48,939 nt of DNA from NCBI GenBank assembly GCA_959606405.1, contig CAUHIY010000001.1:1-48939 (forward strand). Reading direction: 5' to 3'. Position numbers and translations under genes: made by a program. Shown here one piece after another: positions 1 to 8,146 of this stretch (the stretch's first letter is position 1; every line of letters begins with the position of its first letter). The notes below the pieces were generated by a model, which worked only from the letters and a program-made list of their open reading frames with translations, was not told where the DNA came from and did not search any database. This stretch comes from an uncultured Collinsella sp. (lineage in GTDB: Bacteria > Actinomycetota > Coriobacteriia > Coriobacteriales > Coriobacteriaceae).

Positions 1-132
1 GTGATGTTCGAGGAGAACTTCGAGAAGAAGTACTCGCACCTGCCCGAGTCCGTCAAAGCCGCCGGCCCGCACGCTCAAGTACACGCCGACGCCCGTCATC
101 GCGGCCGCGGGTTGCTGGGACTTCGCCACTAG
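1..132 (+). CDS. pckA: 3' end of probable phosphoenolpyruvate carboxykinase (ATP); partial, begins before the window
   Basis: Frame 1 reads VMFEENFEKKYSHLPESVKAAGPHAQ...RH* (TAG 130-132). The MF.ENF.K....AAGP pattern resembles the PckA C-terminus; only about 43 codons are visible. Confidence 0.55.
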   Translation: MMFEENFEKKYSHLPESVKAAGPHAQVHADARHRGRGLLGLRH

Positions 133-151
133 CTTCGCCGTGAGTCCATAT

Positions 152-184
152 CCACCACAAAGGGGACAGGCGCCTTTGTGGTGG
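152..184 (+). repeat. REP-like palindrome, family A, copy 1
   Basis: CCACCACAAAGG-GGACAGGCG-CCTTTGTGGTGG, a perfect 12-bp stem, just after a stop codon. Confidence 0.9.
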
Positions 185-359
185 TTTTGCTCGCGTGGAT
201 GACTCGGGTTACAATACGCCTGACATATCGTCCCCTTCTCCGGATGGGGACAGCGCAAGCGTTCTTGTGACGGCACCGTAGGACTTTGAAGGTGGCCGTC
301 GTGAGGGCGCTTTTTGTTTAGGCGCCCTCACTCGGGCGCGCATAATGAAGGGAGAGCGT

Positions 360-1079
360 ATGAAGAGCTTTATTGCCGAGGATTCATTCTGGGAGCTGTT
401 TCCGCAGGCAGCGGTCGGTGTTGTGGTCGTGGAGGGCATGAAGCCCACGGCTCAGATTCCTCAAGAGGACGTGGATGCGATTGCGGCGTTGCTCGACCGC
501 GCCAATATCGATGCGGAGCGTCATCTGACCAGCGACACTATCAGCGAGAACGCGCCGGTTAAGGCATGGCGCGAGGCGTATCGCCTGTTCAAGACCAAGA
601 AGGGCGCGCGTTGCTCAGTTGAGAACCTGCTCAAGCGCGTGCTCAAAGGCAAGCCGGTCGGCCACATCACACCGGCGGTGGATATCTACAACACGATTTC
701 GTTGACTTATGCGCTGCCCGTTGGCGGCGAGGACCTGCATGCGATTGAGGGAGATCTTCGCTTGAAGGTGACCGATGGTGGCGATGCGTTCTTGCCGCTT
801 GGCGAGGAAGCGGATGACCCGACGCTGCCCGGCGAGCTGGCCTACATCGACGATGCGGGCGCCGTGTGCCGCTGCTGGAACTGGCGCGACGGCGTTCGAA
901 CGGCTCTGTCCGACGATTCGGCCGACGCGTTTTTGGCGATTGAATGTGTTGAGCCCGAGCGCATGGAGGACTGTCAGGCCGCCATCGATCGCTTGGCCGA
1001 GCTTCTTGAGCACTATTTGGGCGCCAACGTTCTTGTTAAGACGCTTGTGACTCGCGATAACCCGCGCGTAGAACTGTAA
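360..1079 (+). CDS. Stand-alone B3/B4 (PheRS beta editing-like) domain protein
   Basis: Motifs WREAY..F......R.SVENLLKRVLKG, VDIYNTISL, GGEDL and CRCWNWRD; RBS GGAGAG before ATG 360. Confidence 0.88.
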   Translation: MKSFIAEDSFWELFPQAAVGVVVVEGMKPTAQIPQEDVDAIAALLDRANIDAERHLTSDTISENAPVKAWREAYRLFKTKKGARCSVENLLKRVLKGKPVGHITPAVDIYNTISLTYALPVGGEDLHAIEGDLRLKVTDGGDAFLPLGEEADDPTLPGELAYIDDAGAVCRCWNWRDGVRTALSDDSADAFLAIECVEPERMEDCQAAIDRLAELLEHYLGANVLVKTLVTRDNPRVEL

Positions 1080-1099
1080 CTCGGTCCAAACCACTACGC

Positions 1100-1138
1100 A
1101 AACCACCACAAAGGTGCCTGTCCCCTTTGTGGTGGTTT
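1100..1138 (-). repeat. REP-like palindrome, family A, copy 2
   Basis: AAACCACCACAAAGGTGCCTGTCCCCTTTGTGGTGGTTT, inverted relative to copy 1. Confidence 0.9.
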
Positions 1139-1243
1139 TTATGTTGATGGGTTAACAAATGGGGTATTTGGGTACGGGTGTCGCCTTATGCGACTAAGAT
1201 GTTTACCCGTAAGCATTATGCAAGCGAAAGGCGGTCGTCTCCC

Positions 1244-1693
1244 ATGCAGCAGAACGACGAGACACGTTTCGAGGACTTTGTCGGACTGATCAGCGGGCTC
1301 TACAAGGAGATTCAGCGCATCAAGACGTCCGAAGGTGCAAGGCTGGGCCTCAAGGGCTCCGACGTCATGTGCCTGTACTATCTTGAGCGCAGCAAGGACG
1401 GCCTGACTGGCGCCGACCTCGCCCGCATGGCCGGCGTTACCCGAGCCGCCGTTTCGCGCACACTGGCACATCTGGAGGAGGGCGGCTACGTCGAGGTCGA
1501 TGACTCGGGTGATGCGGCCGTCAAGTACCGTGCCCCGGTGCGCCTGACTGCCCTGGGCGGCGAGAGCATGAGCGAGGCCGATCGCATCATTCGCGAAGTG
1601 CTCGACACCACCGGTAAGGCCATGGGCGTGGAGCAGCGCGAGCAGATGTACGCGTCGCTGCGCACGATTCTCAATACCTTGCGCGAGATCTAA
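1244..1693 (+). CDS. MarR-family transcriptional regulator
   Basis: Winged-HTH pattern GLTGADLARMAGVTRAAVSRTLAHLEEGGYV...VRLTALG; 149 aa. Confidence 0.85.
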   Translation: MQQNDETRFEDFVGLISGLYKEIQRIKTSEGARLGLKGSDVMCLYYLERSKDGLTGADLARMAGVTRAAVSRTLAHLEEGGYVEVDDSGDAAVKYRAPVRLTALGGESMSEADRIIREVLDTTGKAMGVEQREQMYASLRTILNTLREI

Positions 1694-1812
1694 GGCCGCC
1701 AAGGTATTTGCTTCCCATTAACAACTGCATAGTCCCGTTTGAGCGCGTATACCGTGCCGGGGCCTTGCTGTCAAAATTCCCTGCGCGGGACCTGCGCAAG
1801 AAAGGATTCGCT

Positions 1813-2667
1813 ATGTCCGTCCGCATTATTACCGATTCCGCAAGCGATATGTCGCCGGCCGAGCACCCAGCACTGGCCGTTTTGCCGCTGTCCGTCACCT
1901 TTGGCACCGATGTGTACATGGATGGCGTCGACATCGATCACCAGCGCTTTTACGAGATGCTCGTGGAGCGCGATGAGCTGCCCAAGACCGGCCAGGTCAA
2001 CCCGTACGCGTTTTCGCAGGCGATTGCCGAGGCGCGTGAGGCCGGCGACGAGGCCGTGATTATTACCGTGGGCGCCAAGCTTTCGGGCACCAATCAGAGC
2101 GCCCGTACCGCACTTGCCGAGGCGCCGGGCGGCGACGTGTTCGTCGTGGACAGCAATAACGTGACCTTGGGAGAGCGCGTGCTGGTCGAGTATGCGCTGC
2201 GCCTGGTTGATGAGGGCCGTAGTGCGGCCCAGATCGCGGCAGCGGTCGAGGCCGTGCGCGACCGCGTGGTGGTTATCGGCCTGCTCGAGACGCTGGAGTA
2301 TCTGGTGCGTGGCGGTCGTCTGTCTGCTGCGGCCGGCGCCGTGGGTACGCTGCTCAACGTGAAGCCGGTCGTGGCCGCCGAGGACGGCCTCATCGTGCAG
2401 CTGGGCAAGGCGCGCGGTTCCAAAAACGGTCGAAACCTGTTGAACCAGAAGGTCGAGCAGGCGGGCGGCGTCGACTTCTCCATGCCGCTGGCGCTCGGCT
2501 ATACGGGCCTTTCGGATGCGGTGCTCAAGAAGTATGTCGAGGACAGCGCGGCACTGTGGGCTGGCCACACCGAGGGCGAGTTGCCCGTTCACACCATCGG
2601 CGCCACCATCGGCACCCACGTAGGCCCCGGCGCCGTCGCCGTAGCCTTCTTCCAGCCCGCCAACTAA
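1813..2667 (+). CDS. DegV/FakB-family fatty-acid-binding protein
   Basis: Motifs IITDSASD, PKTGQ, LSGT.QSA, LEYLVRGGR, LLNVKPV and IGTHVGPGA. Confidence 0.92.
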   Translation: MSVRIITDSASDMSPAEHPALAVLPLSVTFGTDVYMDGVDIDHQRFYEMLVERDELPKTGQVNPYAFSQAIAEAREAGDEAVIITVGAKLSGTNQSARTALAEAPGGDVFVVDSNNVTLGERVLVEYALRLVDEGRSAAQIAAAVEAVRDRVVVIGLLETLEYLVRGGRLSAAAGAVGTLLNVKPVVAAEDGLIVQLGKARGSKNGRNLLNQKVEQAGGVDFSMPLALGYTGLSDAVLKKYVEDSAALWAGHTEGELPVHTIGATIGTHVGPGAVAVAFFQPAN

Positions 2668-2678
2668 CCGATCTGCCA

Positions 2679-2719
2679 TAAACCACCACAAAGGGGACAG
2701 GCACCGTTGTGGTGGTTTA
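2679..2719 (+). repeat. REP-like palindrome, family A, copy 3
   Basis: TAAACCACCACAAAGGGGACAGGCACCGTTGTGGTGGTTTA, one stem mismatch. Confidence 0.9.
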
Positions 2720-2747
2720 TGCTTTTCCGGGTGGAAGGGAGCGAGCA

Positions 2748-3068
2748 ATGGCGTCTGAGGGCTTTTTTGAACGGGTGTACGAGGTGGTCGAGCAGATCCC
2801 CGAGGGGATGGTCGCCACGTATGGCCAGGTGGCGCTGCTTGCCGGTCGTCCACGAAGTGCGCGGTACGTGGGGTATGCCCTGCATAGTAATCCGCGCCCC
2901 GGCGAGATTCCCTGTCACCGCGTGGTGTTTGCCGACGGGCGCATATGCGAGGGCTTCGCTTTTGGCGGTCCCGATGCTCAACGTGAGCTTTTGCTAGGGG
3001 AGGGTGTGGCGTTTAAGGACGACATGCACGTCGACTTGGCCGCCTGTCGCTGGCCTGCCGGGCTCTAG
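2748..3068 (+). CDS. MGMT-family O6-alkylguanine DNA alkyltransferase (short form)
   Basis: IPEG.VATYGQVA...RSARYVG.AL and the active-site PCHRVV. Confidence 0.88.
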   Translation: MASEGFFERVYEVVEQIPEGMVATYGQVALLAGRPRSARYVGYALHSNPRPGEIPCHRVVFADGRICEGFAFGGPDAQRELLLGEGVAFKDDMHVDLAACRWPAGL

Positions 3069-3084
3069 CGGTTCTGCCGTGGCG

Positions 3085-3125
3085 AAAACCACCACAAAGG
3101 CGCCTGTCCCCTTTGTGGTGATTTT
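3085..3125 (-). repeat. REP-like palindrome, family A, copy 4
   Basis: AAAACCACCACAAAGGCGCCTGTCCCCTTTGTGGTGATTTT. Confidence 0.9.
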
Positions 3126-3217
3126 ACGCTGTAGGTTTACCAGAGCTAACTTATGGAGAAGGTGTGGTGGCGTACTTTGCCGTCAGAAAGTAAACCACGG
3201 TGAACTATATTGGTTTC

Positions 3218-3357
3218 AGCAACGGAGCAGGCAATAGGCGATGAAAAAGCCTGCCCTGTTGAGTTTGATTCGCATTCCTCCCCTCTGTGCGATTCAACGG
3301 TGTACTTCGGGAACAGGCCCGCTGGCAACTAGCTGCCGGCGGGCCTGTTCCTGTTTG
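3218..3357 (+). ncRNA. Candidate small RNA: three hairpins with a C-rich loop
   Basis: TATATT at 3206-3211, then hairpins 3220-3261, 3265-3297 (loop TTCCTCCCCTCTG) and 3309-3352 followed by GTTTG, in an intergenic region between convergent genes. Confidence 0.45.
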
Positions 3358-3398
3358 TCGAGGGGGTGCGATGGACGGAGCCGAAGCGGTCCGGCTCC

Positions 3399-3426
3399 AA
3401 AAAAGGCGGACGCCGTAGCGCCCGCC
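3399..3426 (-). terminator. Intrinsic terminator downstream of trpS
   Basis: Minus strand GGCGGGCGC-TACG-GCGTCCGCC followed by TTTTTT. Confidence 0.75.
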
Positions 3427-3461
3427 CTAAAGCAATCGAAAACTCAAGCCAGCAAATCGGT

Positions 3462-4511
3462 CTAGTACACCATGCCCATGGCGTCCTGAACCTCTGCCAG
3501 GGTCTGCTCGGCGATCTCGTTGGCGCGACGGTTGCCCTCGTGCAGCACGTCCTTCACGTAATCCAGATCGTTCTCGTAGCGCTGGCGACGCTCGCGGATA
3601 GGTGCGAAGTACTCGTTGACGACCTCGGTCACGTACTTCTTGAGCTGGCCGGAGCCGCCCATGCCGATCTCCTCGGCAATCTCGACCTCGGAGCGACCGG
3701 TGCAGATGGCGGCTGTCGAAAGCAGGCCAGACACGCCGGGGCGGTTCTCGGGATCGAACGTGATCATGCGCTCAGAGTCGGTCTGGCTTTTCTTGATGCG
3801 CTTGGCCGTCTCCTCAGCGGTCATCGAGATGTTGATGGCGTTGCCGTAGCTCTTGCTCATCTTGCGACCGTCAAGGCCGGGAAGCAGCGGGGTCTCGGAC
3901 AGCAATGCGTCGACCTCGGGAAATACCTTGCCGTAGCGGTTGTTAAAGCGGCGGGCGATGGTGCGGGTGAGCTCGATGTGCGGCAGCTGGTCGCGACCGA
4001 CGGGCACGACGTTGCCCTTGCAGAACAGAATGTCGCAGGCCTGGTGCACCGGGTAGGTGAGCAGAAGGCCGGTAAGCTCGTGGCCCGAGGCCTCCATCTC
4101 GGCCTTGACCGTGGGGTTGCGCGCCAGCTCGGCCTCGGACACCAGCGACAGGAACGGCAGCATGAGCTGGTTGGCGGCGGGCACGGCGGAGTGCGCGTAG
4201 ATCATGGTCTTGTCGGGGTCGATGCCGCAGGCAAGGTAGTCCATGACCATGTTGTACACGTTGTCCTGGATGTGCTCGGTGGTGTCGCGGTCGGTGATGA
4301 CCTGGTAGTCGGCGATGAGTACGTTGGTCCTGGCGCCCATGTTCTGCAGCTCCACGCGGCCCTTGAGGGTGCCAAAGTAGTGACCCAGGTGCAGACGGCC
4401 GGTGGGGCGGTCGCCGGTAAGCATGGTGAACTTCTCGGGCGTATTGGCCAAGCCCTCGCGAATGGCGTTGCTCTTTTGCAGCGCGACTTCGTAGCTGTTC
4501 TCGTTTGGCAT
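3462..4511 (-). CDS. trpS: Tryptophan--tRNA ligase
   Basis: TGDRPTGRLHLGHY (HIGH-type motif), YPVHQACDIL, VPVGRDQLPH and KMSKS; RBS AGGAG before ATG 4511. Confidence 0.96.
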   Translation of the reverse strand: MPNENSYEVALQKSNAIREGLANTPEKFTMLTGDRPTGRLHLGHYFGTLKGRVELQNMGARTNVLIADYQVITDRDTTEHIQDNVYNMVMDYLACGIDPDKTMIYAHSAVPAANQLMLPFLSLVSEAELARNPTVKAEMEASGHELTGLLLTYPVHQACDILFCKGNVVPVGRDQLPHIELTRTIARRFNNRYGKVFPEVDALLSETPLLPGLDGRKMSKSYGNAINISMTAEETAKRIKKSQTDSERMITFDPENRPGVSGLLSTAAICTGRSEVEIAEEIGMGGSGQLKKYVTEVVNEYFAPIRERRQRYENDLDYVKDVLHEGNRRANEIAEQTLAEVQDAMGMVY

Positions 4512-4670
4512 GATTGCTCCTAACGTTCGTTCGCAGGTTTTGATGATAGCGTGTTTATTGAGAGGGGTGGGCGTGAGTGGGTGAGGGACTGCCAGGGGCC
4601 GGCTTTCAAGTCCGCCGCGGCGTTCGCGCGAACGGCTGCCAACGCCTTGGCACATCCTCGGCAGCTTGCC

Positions 4671-5870
4671 CTAGAGCTTGTGGTGGCGCTCTTCTTTGCG
4701 CTCCTCGGCTGCCTGCTCCTCCTGCTTAAAGGCGGGGTCGTCGGGGGTGACCAGTTCGTCCTCGTGCGTGCGCTTGTTGTAATGGTGGCGCAGCACGGGT
4801 TCAAACAGGTGCAGGTGCTTGGCAAAGGCCGCCGAGCCAATGGCAAGCACGGTAAAGATGAGCACGCGCATGGGCACCTCGACCTGATTGATGGCGGCGG
4901 CGCCGGCCGAAAGCATAATGCACCAGGCATAGATGAGCAGCACAGCCTGTTTTTGGTTGTAGCCTTCTTGGATCAGGCGGTGGTGGATGTGGCCCTTGTC
5001 GGCCTGCCCGATGCTAATGTGGGCGCGCTTGCGGCGCACGATGGCGCTAAACGTGTCGATGATAGGCACGCCGGCAACGATGAGCGGGATGATAAGCGAG
5101 GTGAGTGCGGCGGTGCGGCTCACGTTGAGCAGCGAGATGGAGCCCAGCGCAAAGCCCAGAAGCAGCGACCCCGAGTCGCCCAAGAAGATGCTTGCGGGGT
5201 TGAAGTTGTAGCGCAAAAAGGCCAGACAGGCGCCAAAGAGCGCAATGGAGAGCGCGGCGGCGTCGATGCGGCCCGAGAGAACGGCCATCGAAAACATGGT
5301 GAACGAGGCGATGCCGCAGATGCCCGTGGCCAAGCCGTCGAGGCCGTCGATGAGGTTAATGATGTTGGTGAATGCCACCAGATAGATTACGGTGATGGGG
5401 TAGGCGAGCCATCCGAGCATGATCTCGCCGGGAGCAAACGGGTTGACGATGACGCCGATTTTTAGGCCGCCCATGCAGGCGATAAGCGCGGCGAGGACCT
5501 GTCCGGCCAGCTTTTGCTTGGGCGTGAGCTGGAAGACGTCGTCGATAGCGCCGGTCGCAAAGATGACGGTAAAGGAGAGCGCCAGCATGGGATAGCTAAT
5601 GTGAAGGCGCGGGTGCGGCACCAGGACGGGTGGCCAGCCTAGGTACCAGGTGCCTAGGATTTGCACAATGCAGGCAACGACCAGGCCCAAAAACACCGCC
5701 GTTCCGCCCAAACGCGGGATGGGCTTGGTGTTGATGCGGCGCTTAGAAGGATAGTCGACGGCATCGAGCTTAATTGCCAAGCGCTTGACCAGGGGCACCG
5801 CGAGGAAGGTCGTGATAAAAGCCGCCGCTGCCACGCATAGGTACGGTATGTAGCTCGGGGATGAAGCCAT
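4671..5870 (-). CDS. MraY/WecA/TagO-family undecaprenyl-phosphate GlcNAc-1-phosphate transferase
   Basis: P.PRLGG, GAIDD, N.INLIDGLDGLA, NFNPASIFLGDSG and DKGHIHHRL, with many TM segments. Start codon uncertain. Confidence 0.9.
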   Translation of the reverse strand: MASSPSYIPYLCVAAAAFITTFLAVPLVKRLAIKLDAVDYPSKRRINTKPIPRLGGTAVFLGLVVACIVQILGTWYLGWPPVLVPHPRLHISYPMLALSFTVIFATGAIDDVFQLTPKQKLAGQVLAALIACMGGLKIGVIVNPFAPGEIMLGWLAYPITVIYLVAFTNIINLIDGLDGLATGICGIASFTMFSMAVLSGRIDAAALSIALFGACLAFLRYNFNPASIFLGDSGSLLLGFALGSISLLNVSRTAALTSLIIPLIVAGVPIIDTFSAIVRRKRAHISIGQADKGHIHHRLIQEGYNQKQAVLLIYAWCIMLSAGAAAINQVEVPMRVLIFTVLAIGSAAFAKHLHLFEPVLRHHYNKRTHEDELVTPDDPAFKQEEQAAEERKEERHHKL

Positions 5871-6081
5871 GAATCTAAAAACCGCCAAGCGTCGAAGGAA
5901 AAGGTCAAAGGTTGCTACGCGGAAATGGCATAGCTGTCCCATGATACTCGACCGAGGGGGGTGCGGAGGTTTGCACCGTGCGATTATCACGCGCATACCA
6001 GATATTGGAATGTTGTCGATGGCTTGTCGGGATGCCGGCGGGGATCCATATGGACTGTATGGTGATTTTCGGCAAAAGAAA

Positions 6082-6243
6082 ACCACCCCCCACGTTACGA
6101 AAATGAACCCACCTAAAACAGGTGGGTGCCCTCATCGACTGTTCCAGCGTCCTTAACAACGAAGGATACCTGTACTAGGCACGACTGTGTGGGCTCCCTA
6201 AATAAACGCGACGGTTCACCCAGTTGCTCCGCGGGGGGCGGAA
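6082..6243 (-). ncRNA. ssrS: 6S RNA
   Basis: Minus strand has closing stem CCGCCCCCCGCG...CGTGGGGGGTGG and 6S-like elements TGAACC, AGGGAGCC and GAGGGCACCCACCTG...GGTGGGTTCA; -10 TATGAT lies just upstream (6251-6256). Confidence 0.8.
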
Positions 6244-6394
6244 TAACTACATCATAAAGCGGCACTTTATCGATTCCAGTCTTGACATTACAAAAATCGT
6301 GTCGGACGATTACGGCGCCTTAGGGACGGAGCCGTCTACCCGGTCTGGCCCTTTACGTTTGAGCTGCTGAATCGTTGTTTTGGAGCATGTTTTT

Positions 6395-7333
6395 ATGCCG
6401 ACGTCGTTGACCGAACTTTTTTCGCCCGCCTGCCATTTGTGTCCGCGCCGTTGCGGTACGGCGCGCGATGAGGGCGCGCACGGCGTCTGCGGTGCTAACG
6501 ACACGCTCAAGGTGGCCCGCGCGGCGCTTCATATGTGGGAGGAGCCGCCTATCTCGGGCGAGGCCGGTTCGGGCACGATCTTCTTTAGCGGCTGCTCGCT
6601 CAAATGTATCTATTGCCAGAACCACGAGATCTCGACGGGCAATTTTGGGCTTGAGATTTCGCCCGAGCGCCTGGTCGAGATTATGCTGGAGCTGCAGGAC
6701 CAAGGTGCCAATAACATCAATCTGGTGACGGCGACGCATTATGCTCACCTGCTGCCGGCCGCGATTGCCGCAGCTCGGGAGCGCGGACTGGTCATTCCAA
6801 TCGTCTACAACACGAGCGGTTATGAGCGTGCGAGTGCCGTGGCGGCGCTCGGCGATTTGGTCGACGTGTGGCTTACCGACTTTAAGTATGCCAATGCGGC
6901 GCTTGCGCAGTCACTCTCTCATATTAAGGACTACCCGCGCGTGGCTGTGTCGGGTCTGGCCCAGATGGCGCGCGAAATTGAGCGCCGCGGGGGAGAGCTG
7001 GTAGACGGGGACGGGCTCATGAAGCGCGGCATAATCGTGCGTCATCTGGTGCTGCCGGGGCATGCGGACGATTCGTGCCGCGTGTTGGACCTGGTGTGGC
7101 AGACGGTGGGCGACGTGCCGATCTCGGTCATGAACCAGTACACGCCCAATGCCCTCATGCGCGAACAAGGCGGCGACCTGGCGCGCGCCGTGACGCGCGA
7201 GGAGTACGAGCAGGTGCTCGACCATGCCGACGACCTGGGCTTTACGACGATGTTTTGGCAAGAAGGCGGAGCGGTAGACGAGAGCTTCACCCCGGCGTTC
7301 GACACCACCGGCGTCCTCACCAGCGCAAAGTAG
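6395..7333 (+). CDS. Radical SAM protein, PflX-like
   Basis: CHLCPRRC, WEEPPISG, GCSLKCIYCQN (CxxxCxxC), NINLVT and IVRHLVLPG. Confidence 0.9.
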   Translation: MPTSLTELFSPACHLCPRRCGTARDEGAHGVCGANDTLKVARAALHMWEEPPISGEAGSGTIFFSGCSLKCIYCQNHEISTGNFGLEISPERLVEIMLELQDQGANNINLVTATHYAHLLPAAIAAARERGLVIPIVYNTSGYERASAVAALGDLVDVWLTDFKYANAALAQSLSHIKDYPRVAVSGLAQMAREIERRGGELVDGDGLMKRGIIVRHLVLPGHADDSCRVLDLVWQTVGDVPISVMNQYTPNALMREQGGDLARAVTREEYEQVLDHADDLGFTTMFWQEGGAVDESFTPAFDTTGVLTSAK

Positions 7334-7342
7334 TGCGCTCGC

Positions 7343-7379
7343 CGATGATTTTTCTGGGACGGGGATTAAAAAATCATCG
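7343..7379 (+). repeat. GGGAC-tagged palindrome, family B
   Basis: CGATGATTTTT-CTGGGACGGGGATTA-AAAAATCATCG: 11-bp stem with GGGAC in the loop, 10 bp after a stop codon. Confidence 0.6.
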
Positions 7380-7443
7380 AGAGGATCGCCTGCTCGAAAA
7401 GTTGTCAAAATAGCCGCGTCCCAAAAAGACTGGGTATTGGGCG

Positions 7444-7471
7444 TTGACAGTTGGCGAGCCGTAGGTAAAAT
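7444..7471 (+). promoter_or_regulatory. Sigma70-type promoter of tRNA-Ala
   Basis: TTGACA (7444-7449), 16 bp spacer, TAAAAT (7466-7471). Confidence 0.75.
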
Positions 7472-7484
7472 ATCAACTTGTCCT

Positions 7485-7557
7485 GGGGACGTAGCTCAGT
7501 TGGGAGAGCGCTGCCGTCGCATGGCAGAGGCCGAGGGTTCGACTCCCTTCGTCTCCA
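7485..7557 (+). tRNA. tRNA-Ala (CGC); CCA not encoded
   Basis: GGGGACG acceptor stem, TAGCTCAGTTGGGAGAGC D-arm, anticodon arm CTGCC-GTCGCAT-GGCAG and GTTCGAC T-loop. Confidence 0.95.
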
Positions 7558-7571
7558 CCCTTGGATTTGAT

Positions 7572-7603
7572 AAGCCGCTGACATTGTGTCGGCGGCTTTT
7601 TTT
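7572..7603 (+). terminator. Intrinsic terminator after tRNA-Ala
   Basis: AAGCCGCTGACA-TTG-TGTCGGCGGCTT followed by a T-run. Confidence 0.8.
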
Positions 7604-7621
7604 AAAAGAAAGGGCTGTACC

Positions 7622-8062
7622 ATGGCCAAGCTTGAGTCCCAACCACTGTCTGCCGAGGAACGCGCCGAGTTGGAAGAGCTCCGCGCCGAGAAAGCTCGTC
7701 GCGAGGCCCAGGAAGAGGCACGCCGCGAGCGTGAGGAGCTGGCCGCCCTGCGTGCCGAGCGTGCGAAGGCCGAGGAGGCCGCCGCGAACGTCGCCCCCGC
7801 GCCCAAGCCCGCCGCCGCGAAGCCCGCGCCCACCGCACCTAAACCTCAGCCTAAAAAGGTCGCTCGTTCCAAGTCCGTCGAGCCCAAGCCGAGCCGTGAC
7901 GAGATGACCTTTGCCCAGCGCATGGTTACCTCCAAGGAGCCTACGGGCGAGAACGAGATCCCTGGCATGGCGCCGGCTCAAAAAATCATCATTGTCCTTG
8001 CCCTCATCGCGTTTGTCATCTTTATGGGCTACACGATCCTGACCAGCATGGGCCTGCTCTAG
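7622..8062 (+). CDS. Hypothetical protein: coiled coil, Pro/Ala linker, C-terminal TM anchor
   Basis: E/R-rich helix, PAPKPAAAKPAP linker, hydrophobic IIIVLALIAFVIFMGY; host-like codon usage. Confidence 0.75.
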   Translation: MAKLESQPLSAEERAELEELRAEKARREAQEEARREREELAALRAERAKAEEAAANVAPAPKPAAAKPAPTAPKPQPKKVARSKSVEPKPSRDEMTFAQRMVTSKEPTGENEIPGMAPAQKIIIVLALIAFVIFMGYTILTSMGLL

Positions 8063-8146
8063 CCCATTCGCGCTGGGTGCCATGCCCGAACACTCTGCCC
8101 TTTTCCAACCCTCAACCTCTGCACAACGCATCCGAAAGGTCGCCCC

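Noticed and set aside
4512..4670. T-box leader before trpS (also checked before argS, 15290-15381)
   Set aside because: No T-box core (AAGGTGGTACC-type) antiterminator or specifier stem is visible, and both leaders are short.
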